A stretch of 64,000 bases of DNA from Gemmatimonadota bacterium (GTDB taxonomy: Bacteria; Gemmatimonadota; Gemmatimonadetes; Gemmatimonadales; GWC2-71-9): positions 157,991 through 221,990 of the forward strand of contig JANMXA010000042.1 of the NCBI GenBank assembly GCA_031394255.1, in the 5' to 3' direction. Made by a program: the position numbers and the translations under genes. Below, in pieces: positions 26,281 through 34,917 of the stretch. The notes under the pieces are model-generated. The model did no database searches. It was not told the DNA's origin and was given only the letters and a program-made list of their open reading frames with translations. Positions within the stretch are counted from its first letter, which is position 1, and each line of letters begins with the position of its first letter.

Positions 26281-27230
26281 GCCATGCCTTTGAGTTGGTC
26301 AAGGTTGACGTTGCCGCCGCTCAATACGCAGGCGACTCGCGATCCGGCCGGCAGGCGGATCAGACCTGCCCGCAACGCGGCCACCGGGGCAGCCGCCGCG
26401 CCTTCGACCACCAGCTTACAGCGCTCCATGATCCAGAGCACCGAGTCGAAGATGTCGGTGTCCGGCAAGGTCACGATTTCGTCCACGTAGCGCTGGCAAA
26501 CCGAGAACGTGAGGTCACCCACCGTGCGAACCCGGAGCCCATCAATCACCGTGCGACAATCGATCGTCACGATCCGGCCAGCGGCGATGCTTTCCTTCAT
26601 CGCCGGGCCGTCGGAGGACTCTACCCCGATGATTCGAATGTTCGGGTTGTGGCTCTTCGCCGCCATCGCGACTCCGGAAATCAGTCCGCCCCCGCCGATC
26701 GGGACGACAATCGCGTCCACCTCGGGCCAGTCGGAGACGATCTCGAGGCCCAGGGTGCCCTGGCCGGCGATGAGATCGGAGTCGTCGAACGGGCTCACAT
26801 ACGTGAGGCCTTCGGTCCGAACCAGTTCCTTGGCCTTCTCGTTGGCTTCATCCCAGATCCGCCCGTGGAGGATCACCTCGGCCCCGTATGCCCTGGTGGC
26901 GGCCACCTTGGCGGGGGTCGCGTTTTCCGCCATGCAGACCACCGCCCGGACGCCATGGATGCGGGCGGCGAGGGCCACTCCCTGGGCATGATTGCCGGCC
27001 GAAGAGCAGACGATGCCTCGTCGTTTATCCTCGGGGCTCATCAGGGCCAGTTTGTTGAGCGGGCCCCGAATCTTGTAGGCCCCGACCCGCTGGAACATCT
27101 CGGCCTTGAGCCGCACCTCGTGGCCGCTCAACTCCGACAGCTGGCGTGAAGAGAGCAGGGGGGTGTGGTGGATGTGGCGGCTGATCCGTTCCCGGGCCGC
27201 CCGGAAGTCATCAATGGTCAGGGCAAGCAT
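26271..27230 (-). CDS. PLP-dependent serine/threonine dehydratase family enzyme (fold type II, no ACT domain)
   Basis: PLP lysine motif VGAYKIRGP, SSAGNHAQGVALAA, GGGGLISG. 10-nt overlap with the D-aminoacylase gene. Confidence 0.9.
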   Translation of the reverse strand: MLALTIDDFRAARERISRHIHHTPLLSSRQLSELSGHEVRLKAEMFQRVGAYKIRGPLNKLALMSPEDKRRGIVCSSAGNHAQGVALAARIHGVRAVVCMAENATPAKVAATRAYGAEVILHGRIWDEANEKAKELVRTEGLTYVSPFDDSDLIAGQGTLGLEIVSDWPEVDAIVVPIGGGGLISGVAMAAKSHNPNIRIIGVESSDGPAMKESIAAGRIVTIDCRTVIDGLRVRTVGDLTFSVCQRYVDEIVTLPDTDIFDSVLWIMERCKLVVEGAAAAPVAALRAGLIRLPAGSRVACVLSGGNVNLDQLKGMAWN

Positions 27231-27387
27231 CAGTCCTAAGCCTCAGTTGGTGGCAGGGGCCTCCAACAGCCCCTTGGGAATCTCGCTCCGGGGGGCCGCC
27301 CGAGCTACCCTGGCCGGGCATTTGCGCGGCCGACTGTGCGTGACGTACTATCCCTGTTCGTCACACACCCGACACCACGAGTCTACC

Positions 27388-28155
27388 ATGGAACTAGGCA
27401 CCGCCCGCGTCTTCCGCTGGGATGAACTCTCCCCGGAAGCCGTCACCGACATGCTCTCCCGGAAGATCGTCACCGGCGAGAAGGTGATGGCAGGCCACAT
27501 CTGGCTCAAGAAGGACTGCGTCGTCCCGCAGCACTCGCATGAGGCCGAGCAGTGCTCCATCATCTTCTCCGGAGCGCTCAAGTTCATCATCGCCGGCGAA
27601 ACAATCGTCGCGGGGCCGGGCCAGATCCTGGTGATTCCATCCTGGGTCAAGCACGAGGCCGTGGCCCTGGAGGACACCTACGAGATGGATGTCTTCGCGC
27701 CGATTCGCCGGGACTGGCTCGAGAAGACCGACGCATACTTCACCCAGAAACCGGTTCAGGCGGCCGAGTTTTCCAATCCCGCCACCGCCGCGAATCCGGC
27801 TCGACTGATTCGGTGGAGCGACGTTGCAGTCACGCCGATGACGCCTCACATCGACCGGGCGTTCGTATCCGGCGAACGGGCCACGGTGGCGATGTTCCAG
27901 CTTCGCCGGGGCGGCGTGGTGCCGATCCATCAGCACGAAGCCGAGCAACTCACCTGGGTGCGGTCCGGCCGACTTCGGTTCCTGGTCGGCGCGGAGACGT
28001 TCGACGTCTCCGGCGGGTCGGTGCTCCGCATCCCCTCGAACGTGCCTCATAGCGCCGAGGCGGTTGAGGACTCCGAGGCGACTGACATGTTCAGCCCTCG
28101 GCGAGAAGACTGGGCCGCGGGCAGCGACCAGTATTTTCGCCAGAACCATCGATAG
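27388..28155 (+). CDS. Bicupin (two tandem cupin domains), function unknown
   Basis: ORF trimmed to the ATG at 27388. Internal duplication VVPQHSHEAEQCSIIFSGAL... / VVPIHQHEAEQLTWVRSGRL..., each followed by P..V.H.A.A.ED. Confidence 0.8.
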   Translation: MELGTARVFRWDELSPEAVTDMLSRKIVTGEKVMAGHIWLKKDCVVPQHSHEAEQCSIIFSGALKFIIAGETIVAGPGQILVIPSWVKHEAVALEDTYEMDVFAPIRRDWLEKTDAYFTQKPVQAAEFSNPATAANPARLIRWSDVAVTPMTPHIDRAFVSGERATVAMFQLRRGGVVPIHQHEAEQLTWVRSGRLRFLVGAETFDVSGGSVLRIPSNVPHSAEAVEDSEATDMFSPRREDWAAGSDQYFRQNHR

Positions 28156-28168
28156 ATCGAAGGAACGT

Positions 28169-29146
28169 ATGCGCGCAATTCGGGTCCATCAATTCGGCGA
28201 CCCATCGGTTCTCCGGCTCGAAGAAATCCCGACACCGGTGCCGGGCCCGGGCCAGGTCCAGATCAGAGTCCAGGCGGCCGGGGTCAACCCCGTTGACACC
28301 TACATCCGGAACGGGCGGTACGGCGCGCTGCCGACACCGCCGTTCATCCCAGGATCCGACGGAGCCGGCACAATCGCCGCCCTGGGCGCGGGGGTGTCCC
28401 GCTGGAAAGTTGGCGATCGGGTCTTCTTTCACGGCACGGCGCTCGGCGGGCCCTATGGCGCCTACGCCGAGGTGGCGGTGTGCGACCAGGACACGGTGTA
28501 CCGCCTGCCGGCCAAGATGGGGTTCTCGGAAGGGGCCGCACTCGGTGTTCCCTACGCCACGGCTTACCAGGCTCTGATGGTCAAGGCGCGGCCGAAGCCC
28601 AACGAGATCGTACTGGTCCACGGGGCGAGCGGCGGGGTCGGGACGGCGGCGCTGCAACTGGCTCGCTGGAAGGGTCTTCGCGTCATCGGCACTGCTGGCA
28701 GTCCTGACGGCCTCGAACTGGTCAAGGCCAACGGCGCCCACCTCGCGATCAGTCACAAGGAAGCGCTGTACGTCGACCAGATTCGCGAGGCTGCCGATCA
28801 CGGGCGCGGCCCCGACATCGTTCTGGAAATGCTGGCGAACGTGAATCTCGATTCGGATCTCGACCTGGTAGCCCGCGGGGGCCGGATCGTCGTGATCGGC
28901 AATCGTGGAAAGATCGAGATCGACCCGCGAAAGATCATGGCCAAGGATGCGGCGATTTTCGGCGTGATGCTGTGGAACCAGACCAATGAGGAATTGGCCG
29001 CGATCTATGCGGACCTCACGGCCGGGGTGGAGCAGGGGGCGCTGGTTCCCGTGATCGGGCAGGAGATTCCGATGGCGGATGCCGCCCGCGCGCACGATGC
29101 CGTGATGGCTCCCGGCGCCTATGGCAAGATCGTGCTGCTGCCCTAG
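28169..29146 (+). CDS. qor: NADPH:quinone oxidoreductase (zeta-crystallin-type MDR)
   Basis: Trimmed to MRAIRVHQFGDPSVLRLEEIPTP. Cofactor motif VLVHGASGGVGTAALQLAR. C-terminal GKIVLLP. Confidence 0.88.
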   Translation: MRAIRVHQFGDPSVLRLEEIPTPVPGPGQVQIRVQAAGVNPVDTYIRNGRYGALPTPPFIPGSDGAGTIAALGAGVSRWKVGDRVFFHGTALGGPYGAYAEVAVCDQDTVYRLPAKMGFSEGAALGVPYATAYQALMVKARPKPNEIVLVHGASGGVGTAALQLARWKGLRVIGTAGSPDGLELVKANGAHLAISHKEALYVDQIREAADHGRGPDIVLEMLANVNLDSDLDLVARGGRIVVIGNRGKIEIDPRKIMAKDAAIFGVMLWNQTNEELAAIYADLTAGVEQGALVPVIGQEIPMADAARAHDAVMAPGAYGKIVLLP

Positions 29147-29159
29147 GGGCAAAGAGAAC

Positions 29160-29190
29160 GAGGCACCGGATCGGGGGGATCCGGTGCCTC
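29160..29190 (+). terminator. Strong stem-loop after qor (terminator-like, no clear U-tract)
   Basis: GAGGCACCGGATC-GGGGG-GATCCGGTGCCTC, a perfect 13-bp stem 14 nt after the stop codon. Confidence 0.45.
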
Positions 29191-29442
29191 GCCTCGGGGT
29201 ACTGACCCAGCCTGGGGGAGCAGGCGGGGCATGGGGGAGACTCCGATCATGGATCGGAACGCTTGCTTGTTTGGGCAATCGGCGTGCCGGTTCCCTTTCG
29301 GCAATGGACCCCGCTGCAAAGCCTTTTCCGTCTTGCGCTTAGGTTCGGACGGGGTCGCCGCTCTTCAGGTGTCGCCCGCCCACTGCTGATCCGCCGTCAC
29401 CACAGGACTGTCGCTCCCTCCCAACGAAAGAGGAACCCAGGC

Positions 29443-30597
29443 ATGGTCCGATTCGCCGCATTGGTCATGGCGCTGGTCGGTGTGGCGCCGCGGGTTGTCG
29501 CCCAGCCGAGGCCCCGGGCACGCGATCTTGGCGTGGCGCCCGGGGTGTTTCGACCCGGCGCCCGGAACGCCATCACGGACGTATCAGGGGTCCGTGTTGG
29601 TCAGGTGACCGTAACCGAAGGGGACTCGGTCCGGACCGGACTCACCGCGATTTTCCCGCACGCCGGCAACCCCTTTCTCGACCGGGTGCCGGCGGCGATC
29701 GTGGTCGGGAACGGGCACGGCAAGCTTCTCGGATCGACCCAGGTGGCTGAGTTGGGCGAACTGGAGACCCCGATTCTGCTCACCTGCACGCTGTGCGTGT
29801 GGAAAGTCGCCGATGCCATGGTGGGCTGGCTGCTCGAACAGCCCGGCATGGAGAAGGTCTACTCGATCAATCCACTGGTAGGTGAAACCAACGACGCCGG
29901 CTTGAATGCGATCCGCTCGAGACCGATCACGGCGAGTCAGGTGCGCACGGCTCTCGACGCGGCCTCGACCGGGGAGGTGGCGGAAGGGTCGGTGGGCGCC
30001 GGGGCCGGAACCAGCGCGTTCGGCTGGAAGGGTGGGATCGGTACCTCGTCGCGGAAGCTGCCGGAATCACTGGGCGGGTGGACCGTCGGGGCTCTGGTTC
30101 AGAGCAACTACGGCGGCATCCTTCAGATCCTCGGCGTTCCGGTTGGCCGGGAGCTGGGCCGGTATTCATTTCAGCGCGAGGTGGAGAAAGAGCCGGGTGG
30201 TGGCTCAATCATGATTGTCGTGGCAACGGATGCGCCGCTCGACGATCGGAATCTCCGCCGGCTTGCGACCCGGGCCCTGCTGGGCCTCGGCCGCACCGGA
30301 TCGTTCATGGGGAACACGTCGGGGGATTACGTGATCGCATTCGCGACCCATCCGGCCGTTCGGCGCCCGGTGCCCGACCTGGCGGCCCGACGGGACAGCC
30401 TGGTCACCGGCCGCCGCGAACTGGCGAACCAGGAGATGCCGGCGCTGTTCGAGGCGGCGGCCGAGAGCACCGAAGAGGCGATCTACAATTCGCTTTTTCG
30501 AGCGACGACCGTGTCAAGCCGGTTCGGCACGGTGGAGGCCCTGCCGATCGACCGCGTGACGGCTCTCCTCAGGAAGTACCGGGTTGTAGAGCGTTAG
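29443..30597 (+). CDS. DmpA/BapA-type (peptidase S58, P1 family) aminopeptidase, secreted
   Basis: Trimmed to the ATG at 29443 (AAAGAGGA upstream). Signal peptide MVRFAALVMALVGVAPRVVAQ. Self-processing/nucleophile region GGGSIMIVVATDAPL. Confidence 0.85.
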   Translation: MVRFAALVMALVGVAPRVVAQPRPRARDLGVAPGVFRPGARNAITDVSGVRVGQVTVTEGDSVRTGLTAIFPHAGNPFLDRVPAAIVVGNGHGKLLGSTQVAELGELETPILLTCTLCVWKVADAMVGWLLEQPGMEKVYSINPLVGETNDAGLNAIRSRPITASQVRTALDAASTGEVAEGSVGAGAGTSAFGWKGGIGTSSRKLPESLGGWTVGALVQSNYGGILQILGVPVGRELGRYSFQREVEKEPGGGSIMIVVATDAPLDDRNLRRLATRALLGLGRTGSFMGNTSGDYVIAFATHPAVRRPVPDLAARRDSLVTGRRELANQEMPALFEAAAESTEEAIYNSLFRATTVSSRFGTVEALPIDRVTALLRKYRVVER

Positions 30598-30977
30598 GCG
30601 CCGGTGCGCCAGGCGGCGGCCCAGCCGGCAAGGGCGAATCCTCCGAACACGGCCGACACGGCCAGGATGCCGGACAATCCGCCGTACACGGCCGCCCGGC
30701 CGAATTCGCCCTGTTCGATCAGGGCCGCCACTTCGATGCTGAAGGTGGAAAAGGTCGTGTATCCCCCGCAAAATCCGATGGTGAGGAACGCCTTTGCTTC
30801 GGGAGACCAGGCCGCGGTGAGCGCGGTGTACCGCGCCACGAACCCGAGGATCAGGGAGCCGGTCACGTTGACCAGCAGGGTCGCGACCGGCACCGGCGTC
30901 GGCCGGGCGAAGGCCAATGCCACGAGATAGCGGGCAACACCCCCAAGAGCGCTGCCCAGCGCGATGAACGGAATCAT
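30594..30977 (-). CDS. crcB: Fluoride ion channel CrcB
   Basis: 127 aa, four TM. LGGVARY..., LLVNVTGSLILGF, GFCGGYTTFSTFS. Confidence 0.9.
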   Translation of the reverse strand: MIPFIALGSALGGVARYLVALAFARPTPVPVATLLVNVTGSLILGFVARYTALTAAWSPEAKAFLTIGFCGGYTTFSTFSIEVAALIEQGEFGRAAVYGGLSGILAVSAVFGGFALAGWAAAWRTGA

Positions 30978-31016
30978 GGAATGAAATCTATCCCGGTGCT
31001 CGTGGCCGGGGCTGGC

Positions 31017-31463
31017 TCAGAGGCGAACCCGAGTCTTGGGGGGAGCCGCCAGGACCTGATGGATCGCCGTTACGACGAAGTCGTCGTCGCTCAGCAGGAC
31101 GAGCTCGCCACCGCGGGGCGATGGCCGGAACAGGCAGCGGACCGATCCGCGGTGATCGACCAGCACCTGGATCGCGGGAAGGTCGGTGCGGATGATCCGG
31201 ACGCTGCGAAAGTCGCCGCGCCGGATCGCCGCAGCGTTCTCGAGCAGGTGGAGGCGAATGGTCTCGACGGCGACCGGATCTCCCCGGGGGTCCGCCATCG
31301 AAATCCGCCCCCCGCTCTCGTTGGCCGTATATCCGACCAACGGCGCGAAGAGCGCGGCCCGCGATACTGCAGAATTCTGCGCGTGCCCGAGGGTCGCGGC
31401 GCAACATGCAATGGCGGCCGAAAACGTCAGGCAACAGGCAAGCTGCTTCAGAGACCCGCCCAT
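31017..31463 (-). CDS. Secreted hypothetical protein
   Basis: ORF 31017..31502 trimmed to MGGSLKQLACCLTFSAAIACCAATLGHAQ (signal peptide). No recognisable family. Confidence 0.5.
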   Translation of the reverse strand: MGGSLKQLACCLTFSAAIACCAATLGHAQNSAVSRAALFAPLVGYTANESGGRISMADPRGDPVAVETIRLHLLENAAAIRRGDFRSVRIIRTDLPAIQVLVDHRGSVRCLFRPSPRGGELVLLSDDDFVVTAIHQVLAAPPKTRVRL

Positions 31464-31578
31464 GGTGTGGGCCGGCACGGATTTGGGTCCTGCGTGATTC
31501 ATGTTGGGTCACCCTTCCAGGACCGGAAGGAGGCAAGACGGGTGCCAATGGCGAGGGAGGGAAGCTCTTGCCGGTTGG

Positions 31579-32337
31579 TCAGCGTCCGAAGCGGGCGGCC
31601 TCTTCGGTGAAGGTCTGGAACAGGCGGCGCGTCCTCGGATCCTTCACTTCGAGGACTTCCGGGTGCCATTGCACACCGACGACGAAGCCGTCGCCCGGCC
31701 GTTCGACGGCCTCGACCAATCCGTCCGGCGCGAAGGCCGCCGGAATCAAGTCGTGGCCAAGGCGCTTGAGGCCCTGATGATGCATGCTGTTGACCGTGAC
31801 GCGCCCGGTGCCGAACGCCCGGGCGAGCCGGCTGCCGCCGGCCAGCTCGACTTCATGGGCCAGGTGGTCGCGCTCGAAGCCCGACGTCGGGAAATAGTCA
31901 TGCTTGATCGCGTTGGGCAGCTGATCCTCGAGGTCCTGATGGAGCGACCCTCCGAGCGCGACATTGATCACCTGGAGGCCCCGGCACAGCCCGAGCACCG
32001 GCTTGCCATCTTCAATCGCCCATTCGGCGAGCTGCAGCTCAACGGTATCCCTGGCGGGGTCGGTGTTTCCGAGCTTGGGGTGCGGCATCTCGTGATAGCG
32101 GGCCGGTTCCATATCCACGCCGCCGGCGAGGAGAATTCCATCAAGCCGGTCGTAGATGCAGCGCAGCGTGTCCGGGTCGTCATGGATCAGCGGGACCATC
32201 CACGGCACGGCGCCGGCATCCGTGGCGGCGTAGAAGTACCGCTGGTTCATGACCCAGGACGCCGGCAGCCCGCCGGGGATGCCGTCGATGGCCTGCAGGG
32301 TCTGGGTCGGTATGCCGATCGTCGGCCGGTATTTCAT
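31579..32337 (-). CDS. Class I glutamine amidotransferase-like peptidase C26 (gamma-glutamyl-GABA hydrolase PuuD family)
   Basis: Catalytic GLCRGLQVINVALGG, MHHQG, ...VQWHPE. Confidence 0.85.
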   Translation of the reverse strand: MKYRPTIGIPTQTLQAIDGIPGGLPASWVMNQRYFYAATDAGAVPWMVPLIHDDPDTLRCIYDRLDGILLAGGVDMEPARYHEMPHPKLGNTDPARDTVELQLAEWAIEDGKPVLGLCRGLQVINVALGGSLHQDLEDQLPNAIKHDYFPTSGFERDHLAHEVELAGGSRLARAFGTGRVTVNSMHHQGLKRLGHDLIPAAFAPDGLVEAVERPGDGFVVGVQWHPEVLEVKDPRTRRLFQTFTEEAARFGR

Positions 32338-32417
32338 GGCGCCGTCAAGATAATCAGGGTACTGGAATCATCGGCACGGGTGCCCCGGAACCCGAGCAAG
32401 GCCCGGGCCACTCGGCC

Positions 32418-33524
32418 CTAGAGGACACCTTCGGCCGTTTCGGCGATGAGCTGATCGACGACGGCCTTGAGATCGCCGGTTCGCTCGTAGGTGGCCAGCT
32501 GGCGGTCGGCGCTGGTCCCGTTTTCGAAGATCGTGAAGGCGTACTCGACCTCCTTCCGGCTGCCGAGTTCATCGAGGACGTCATCGACGAACCACTCGAT
32601 CAGTTCCCGGATCAAGGTCCGGGCCGGCAGCTCCCGGCTCTTGCCGAAGTCGATCATCTTCCCGTCGAGCCCATACCGGCAGGCCCGCCACTTGTTCTCC
32701 TCAATGAACGTCGCCGAGTGCAGGCGCCAGCTCAGGTTGTCCCGCCGCAGCTTCCAGACCTTGGCGATGATTGCCTGGAACAAGGCGGCGACGCAGACGG
32801 CTTCGTCCACCCGGGTGCAGACATCGCAGATCCGCATCTCCAGCGTGGGATAGCTCCAGCTGGGCCTGACGTCCCACCAGATCTTCGACGCATTCGGAAT
32901 GCTGCCGGTCTCGACCAGGGTGTTGACGACGTCCTCGAACTCGCCCCACGAGTGGAGGCTCCGGGGGATCCCAGTCCGCGGGAAGCTCCGGAACACGATG
33001 CTTCGGTACGACTTGAGGCCGGTCTTCCGGCCGAGCCAGAACGGTGAACTGGTCGAGAGGCAGAGCAGGTGCGGCATCATGTAGCGTACCGCGTTCATGG
33101 CTTCGATCAGGAATTCCTTGTCTTCGATTCCCACGTGGACGTGGGTGCCGAAAATCAGCAGCCGCTGGGCCAGTTCCTGGAGGTCCTCTTTGACCCCCAT
33201 GTAGCGTTCGAGCGGCGTGATCTCCTGCTCCAGCCAGCTCGAGAACGGATGGCTGCCCGCGGCCACGACCTTGAGGCCGTTCTTGGCCGCCAGATCCATG
33301 ACCAGGCGCCGGAGGCGGACCAGTTCGGCGCGGGCTTCCGCCGGGGTGTGGCAGACCTTCGTGCCGACCTCAACCATGGACTGGTGCAGCTCCGGCTTGA
33401 CCTCACCCAGCACCACGGAATCTTCCTTGAGAATCTCGGTGATGTACGAGCGGAGCTCCCGGGTCTTCGGGTCGATGATCTGATACTCTTCTTCGATACC
33501 GATCGTAAGGCTCGGCGGCTTCAT
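32418..33524 (-). CDS. Carboxylate-amine ligase, YbdK / glutamate-cysteine ligase family 2 (GCS2)
   Basis: Trimmed to MKPPSLTIGIEEEYQIIDP. H.HVG (FGTHVHVGIED), SSPFW.G, ...R.CD. Confidence 0.9.
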   Translation of the reverse strand: MKPPSLTIGIEEEYQIIDPKTRELRSYITEILKEDSVVLGEVKPELHQSMVEVGTKVCHTPAEARAELVRLRRLVMDLAAKNGLKVVAAGSHPFSSWLEQEITPLERYMGVKEDLQELAQRLLIFGTHVHVGIEDKEFLIEAMNAVRYMMPHLLCLSTSSPFWLGRKTGLKSYRSIVFRSFPRTGIPRSLHSWGEFEDVVNTLVETGSIPNASKIWWDVRPSWSYPTLEMRICDVCTRVDEAVCVAALFQAIIAKVWKLRRDNLSWRLHSATFIEENKWRACRYGLDGKMIDFGKSRELPARTLIRELIEWFVDDVLDELGSRKEVEYAFTIFENGTSADRQLATYERTGDLKAVVDQLIAETAEGVL

Positions 33525-33570
33525 GACAACCGTTCCGGTCTGGCTGAAAGGTGAGGAGCGTAACGATCCG

Positions 33571-34917
33571 TCATCGGGGCTCAACCACGAAGGTCGGCAC
33601 GGTGGAACCACCGCCCGCCGTCACGTTCACGAGGGTGGCGGTCGACACCCGTGTGAGGCAGCCGTCCACGAACGCGCCGTCAAAGCAGAAGGGCGCCGTA
33701 TCGACGATGCGATCGGCGTAGACCACGGCTCCGTCGCCCAGACTCGGGAAGGTCTCCGACGGGAGTCCGATTCGCCGCTGAACGATGGACGGCTTTTCGA
33801 GTGCCCGGGCGACTTCAGTCGCCCAGCGGCTGTCGTCGACTTCCCAACCGAGAACGACGCCCGTCCCACCGTAGTCATCGTTCGGCTTGAGGACCAACTG
33901 GTCGCGATTGGCCGCAACGAAGGGCAACAGGTCGATGGTCGTGTTGTCGAGCCTGGTGGTCCGCTCCTCCACCACCCGAGTCCAGGGCACATGGTCATCG
34001 ATCACCGATCGCTCGGCGGCCGTGAACAGGTGGTGATTGCGTTCATCACTCAGAACAGCCAGGCTGGCCTTCTTGTGGAGGATCTTGCAGCGGAATGGAT
34101 TGACCATGCAGACGGCGCCGTCCCGAACGGCCCGGACCATCGGGTGATCAAGACCGCCCTCCTCGATCAGCTCATTGATCAGCACCCGTTTGTAGATCAG
34201 ATCAATGCGGACGCCTTCGGAATACAGGGCGCCGTCATGATAGTCCACCTCGCGGGGATCGCCGATCACGCACTCGATACCCAGACCGGTGAAATAGTCG
34301 CGAAACAGACGAAACTCGCTCTGCGTCGGGACTTCCTTCCAATCAAGGATGCCGATGGTCGGCTTCTTCGACCCGCCGGCGAAACTCCGATAGGCCTCGA
34401 GGAGGGAGTGGAAGACGTGATGCCGCACCGGGAGCGGAGTGATCGCGAACCGGGACCGGAATCCTCGCAGTGCGGGCAACGCCAGAAAGAGGTCCGTGAG
34501 CGCGTCGTTGTAGCCAGAGCCCGCGGGGGTTTCGGCGTTGTACTCCGTAAAGCGAAGTCGGCCGTCGTCAGGCGAGAAGAACGCATCGAGGCGCGATACC
34601 GGCGACGCCACCGTTCTGGGGTCTTCCAGGGCCAGCGTGCGCTCCCAGGGCTCCAGCCGGAACTGGTCCAGCACGGCCGGATTGGCGAGCGCCGCCGCCA
34701 AGGCGGTATCGAAGGCGCCAAGGAGGCCGCCGATTCGGGCCCGCATCTCGTCGTACTGACTCCTCGCGAGGAACCGGGGTCTGAGCACGGTGCACAACGG
34801 GCGATCACCGAACAAGAGCCCGCGCCTCGCCAACTCGGCCTGGAGCCACTCTCCCGACTCAACGCCGATCGGGCCGTCGAGCGATGCGTGCCAGGCCTGA
34901 ATGGCAGCCTGGGTCAT
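33571..34917 (-). CDS. Circularly permuted ATP-grasp type 2 / glutathionylspermidine-synthase-like amidoligase
   Basis: Trimmed to the ATG at 34917 (ATGA overlap with the upstream gene). RLDAFFSPDDGRLRFTEYNAETPAGSGY, LVLKPNDDYGGTGVVLGW, LVNVTAGGGSTVPTFVV. Confidence 0.7.
   Translation of the reverse strand: MTQAAIQAWHASLDGPIGVESGEWLQAELARRGLLFGDRPLCTVLRPRFLARSQYDEMRARIGGLLGAFDTALAAALANPAVLDQFRLEPWERTLALEDPRTVASPVSRLDAFFSPDDGRLRFTEYNAETPAGSGYNDALTDLFLALPALRGFRSRFAITPLPVRHHVFHSLLEAYRSFAGGSKKPTIGILDWKEVPTQSEFRLFRDYFTGLGIECVIGDPREVDYHDGALYSEGVRIDLIYKRVLINELIEEGGLDHPMVRAVRDGAVCMVNPFRCKILHKKASLAVLSDERNHHLFTAAERSVIDDHVPWTRVVEERTTRLDNTTIDLLPFVAANRDQLVLKPNDDYGGTGVVLGWEVDDSRWATEVARALEKPSIVQRRIGLPSETFPSLGDGAVVYADRIVDTAPFCFDGAFVDGCLTRVSTATLVNVTAGGGSTVPTFVVEPR

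Noticed and set aside
24604-26490. Very long ORFs antisense to, or overlapping, real genes. Examples: 24604..26490 + (628 aa), 3791..5008 +, 10472..11776 +, 13895..15340 -, 28091..29278 -, 42646..43725 -, 45583..46764 -, 47513..48700 -, 54718..55749 -, 56763..57806 -, 59463..60518 -, 62463..63383 -.
   Set aside because: Their translations are Arg/Gly/Pro/His-rich and low-complexity, with no recognisable motifs. Each lies opposite a gene with clear family signatures. Stop-poor antisense frames are expected in high-GC DNA.
27340-27364. Inverted repeat GTGACG-N13-CGTCAC, 24 nt upstream of the bicupin gene.
   Set aside because: The arms are short (6 bp) in GC-rich DNA and could arise by chance. 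It is kept only as a weak operator candidate for the divergent dehydratase/bicupin promoters.
30978-31578. Fluoride riboswitch (crcB motif) upstream of crcB or of the preceding hypothetical gene.
   Set aside because: Only 39 nt separate crcB from the upstream gene. The 115 nt upstream of that gene did not show the conserved crcB-motif core as I remember it. A covariance-model scan would be decisive.
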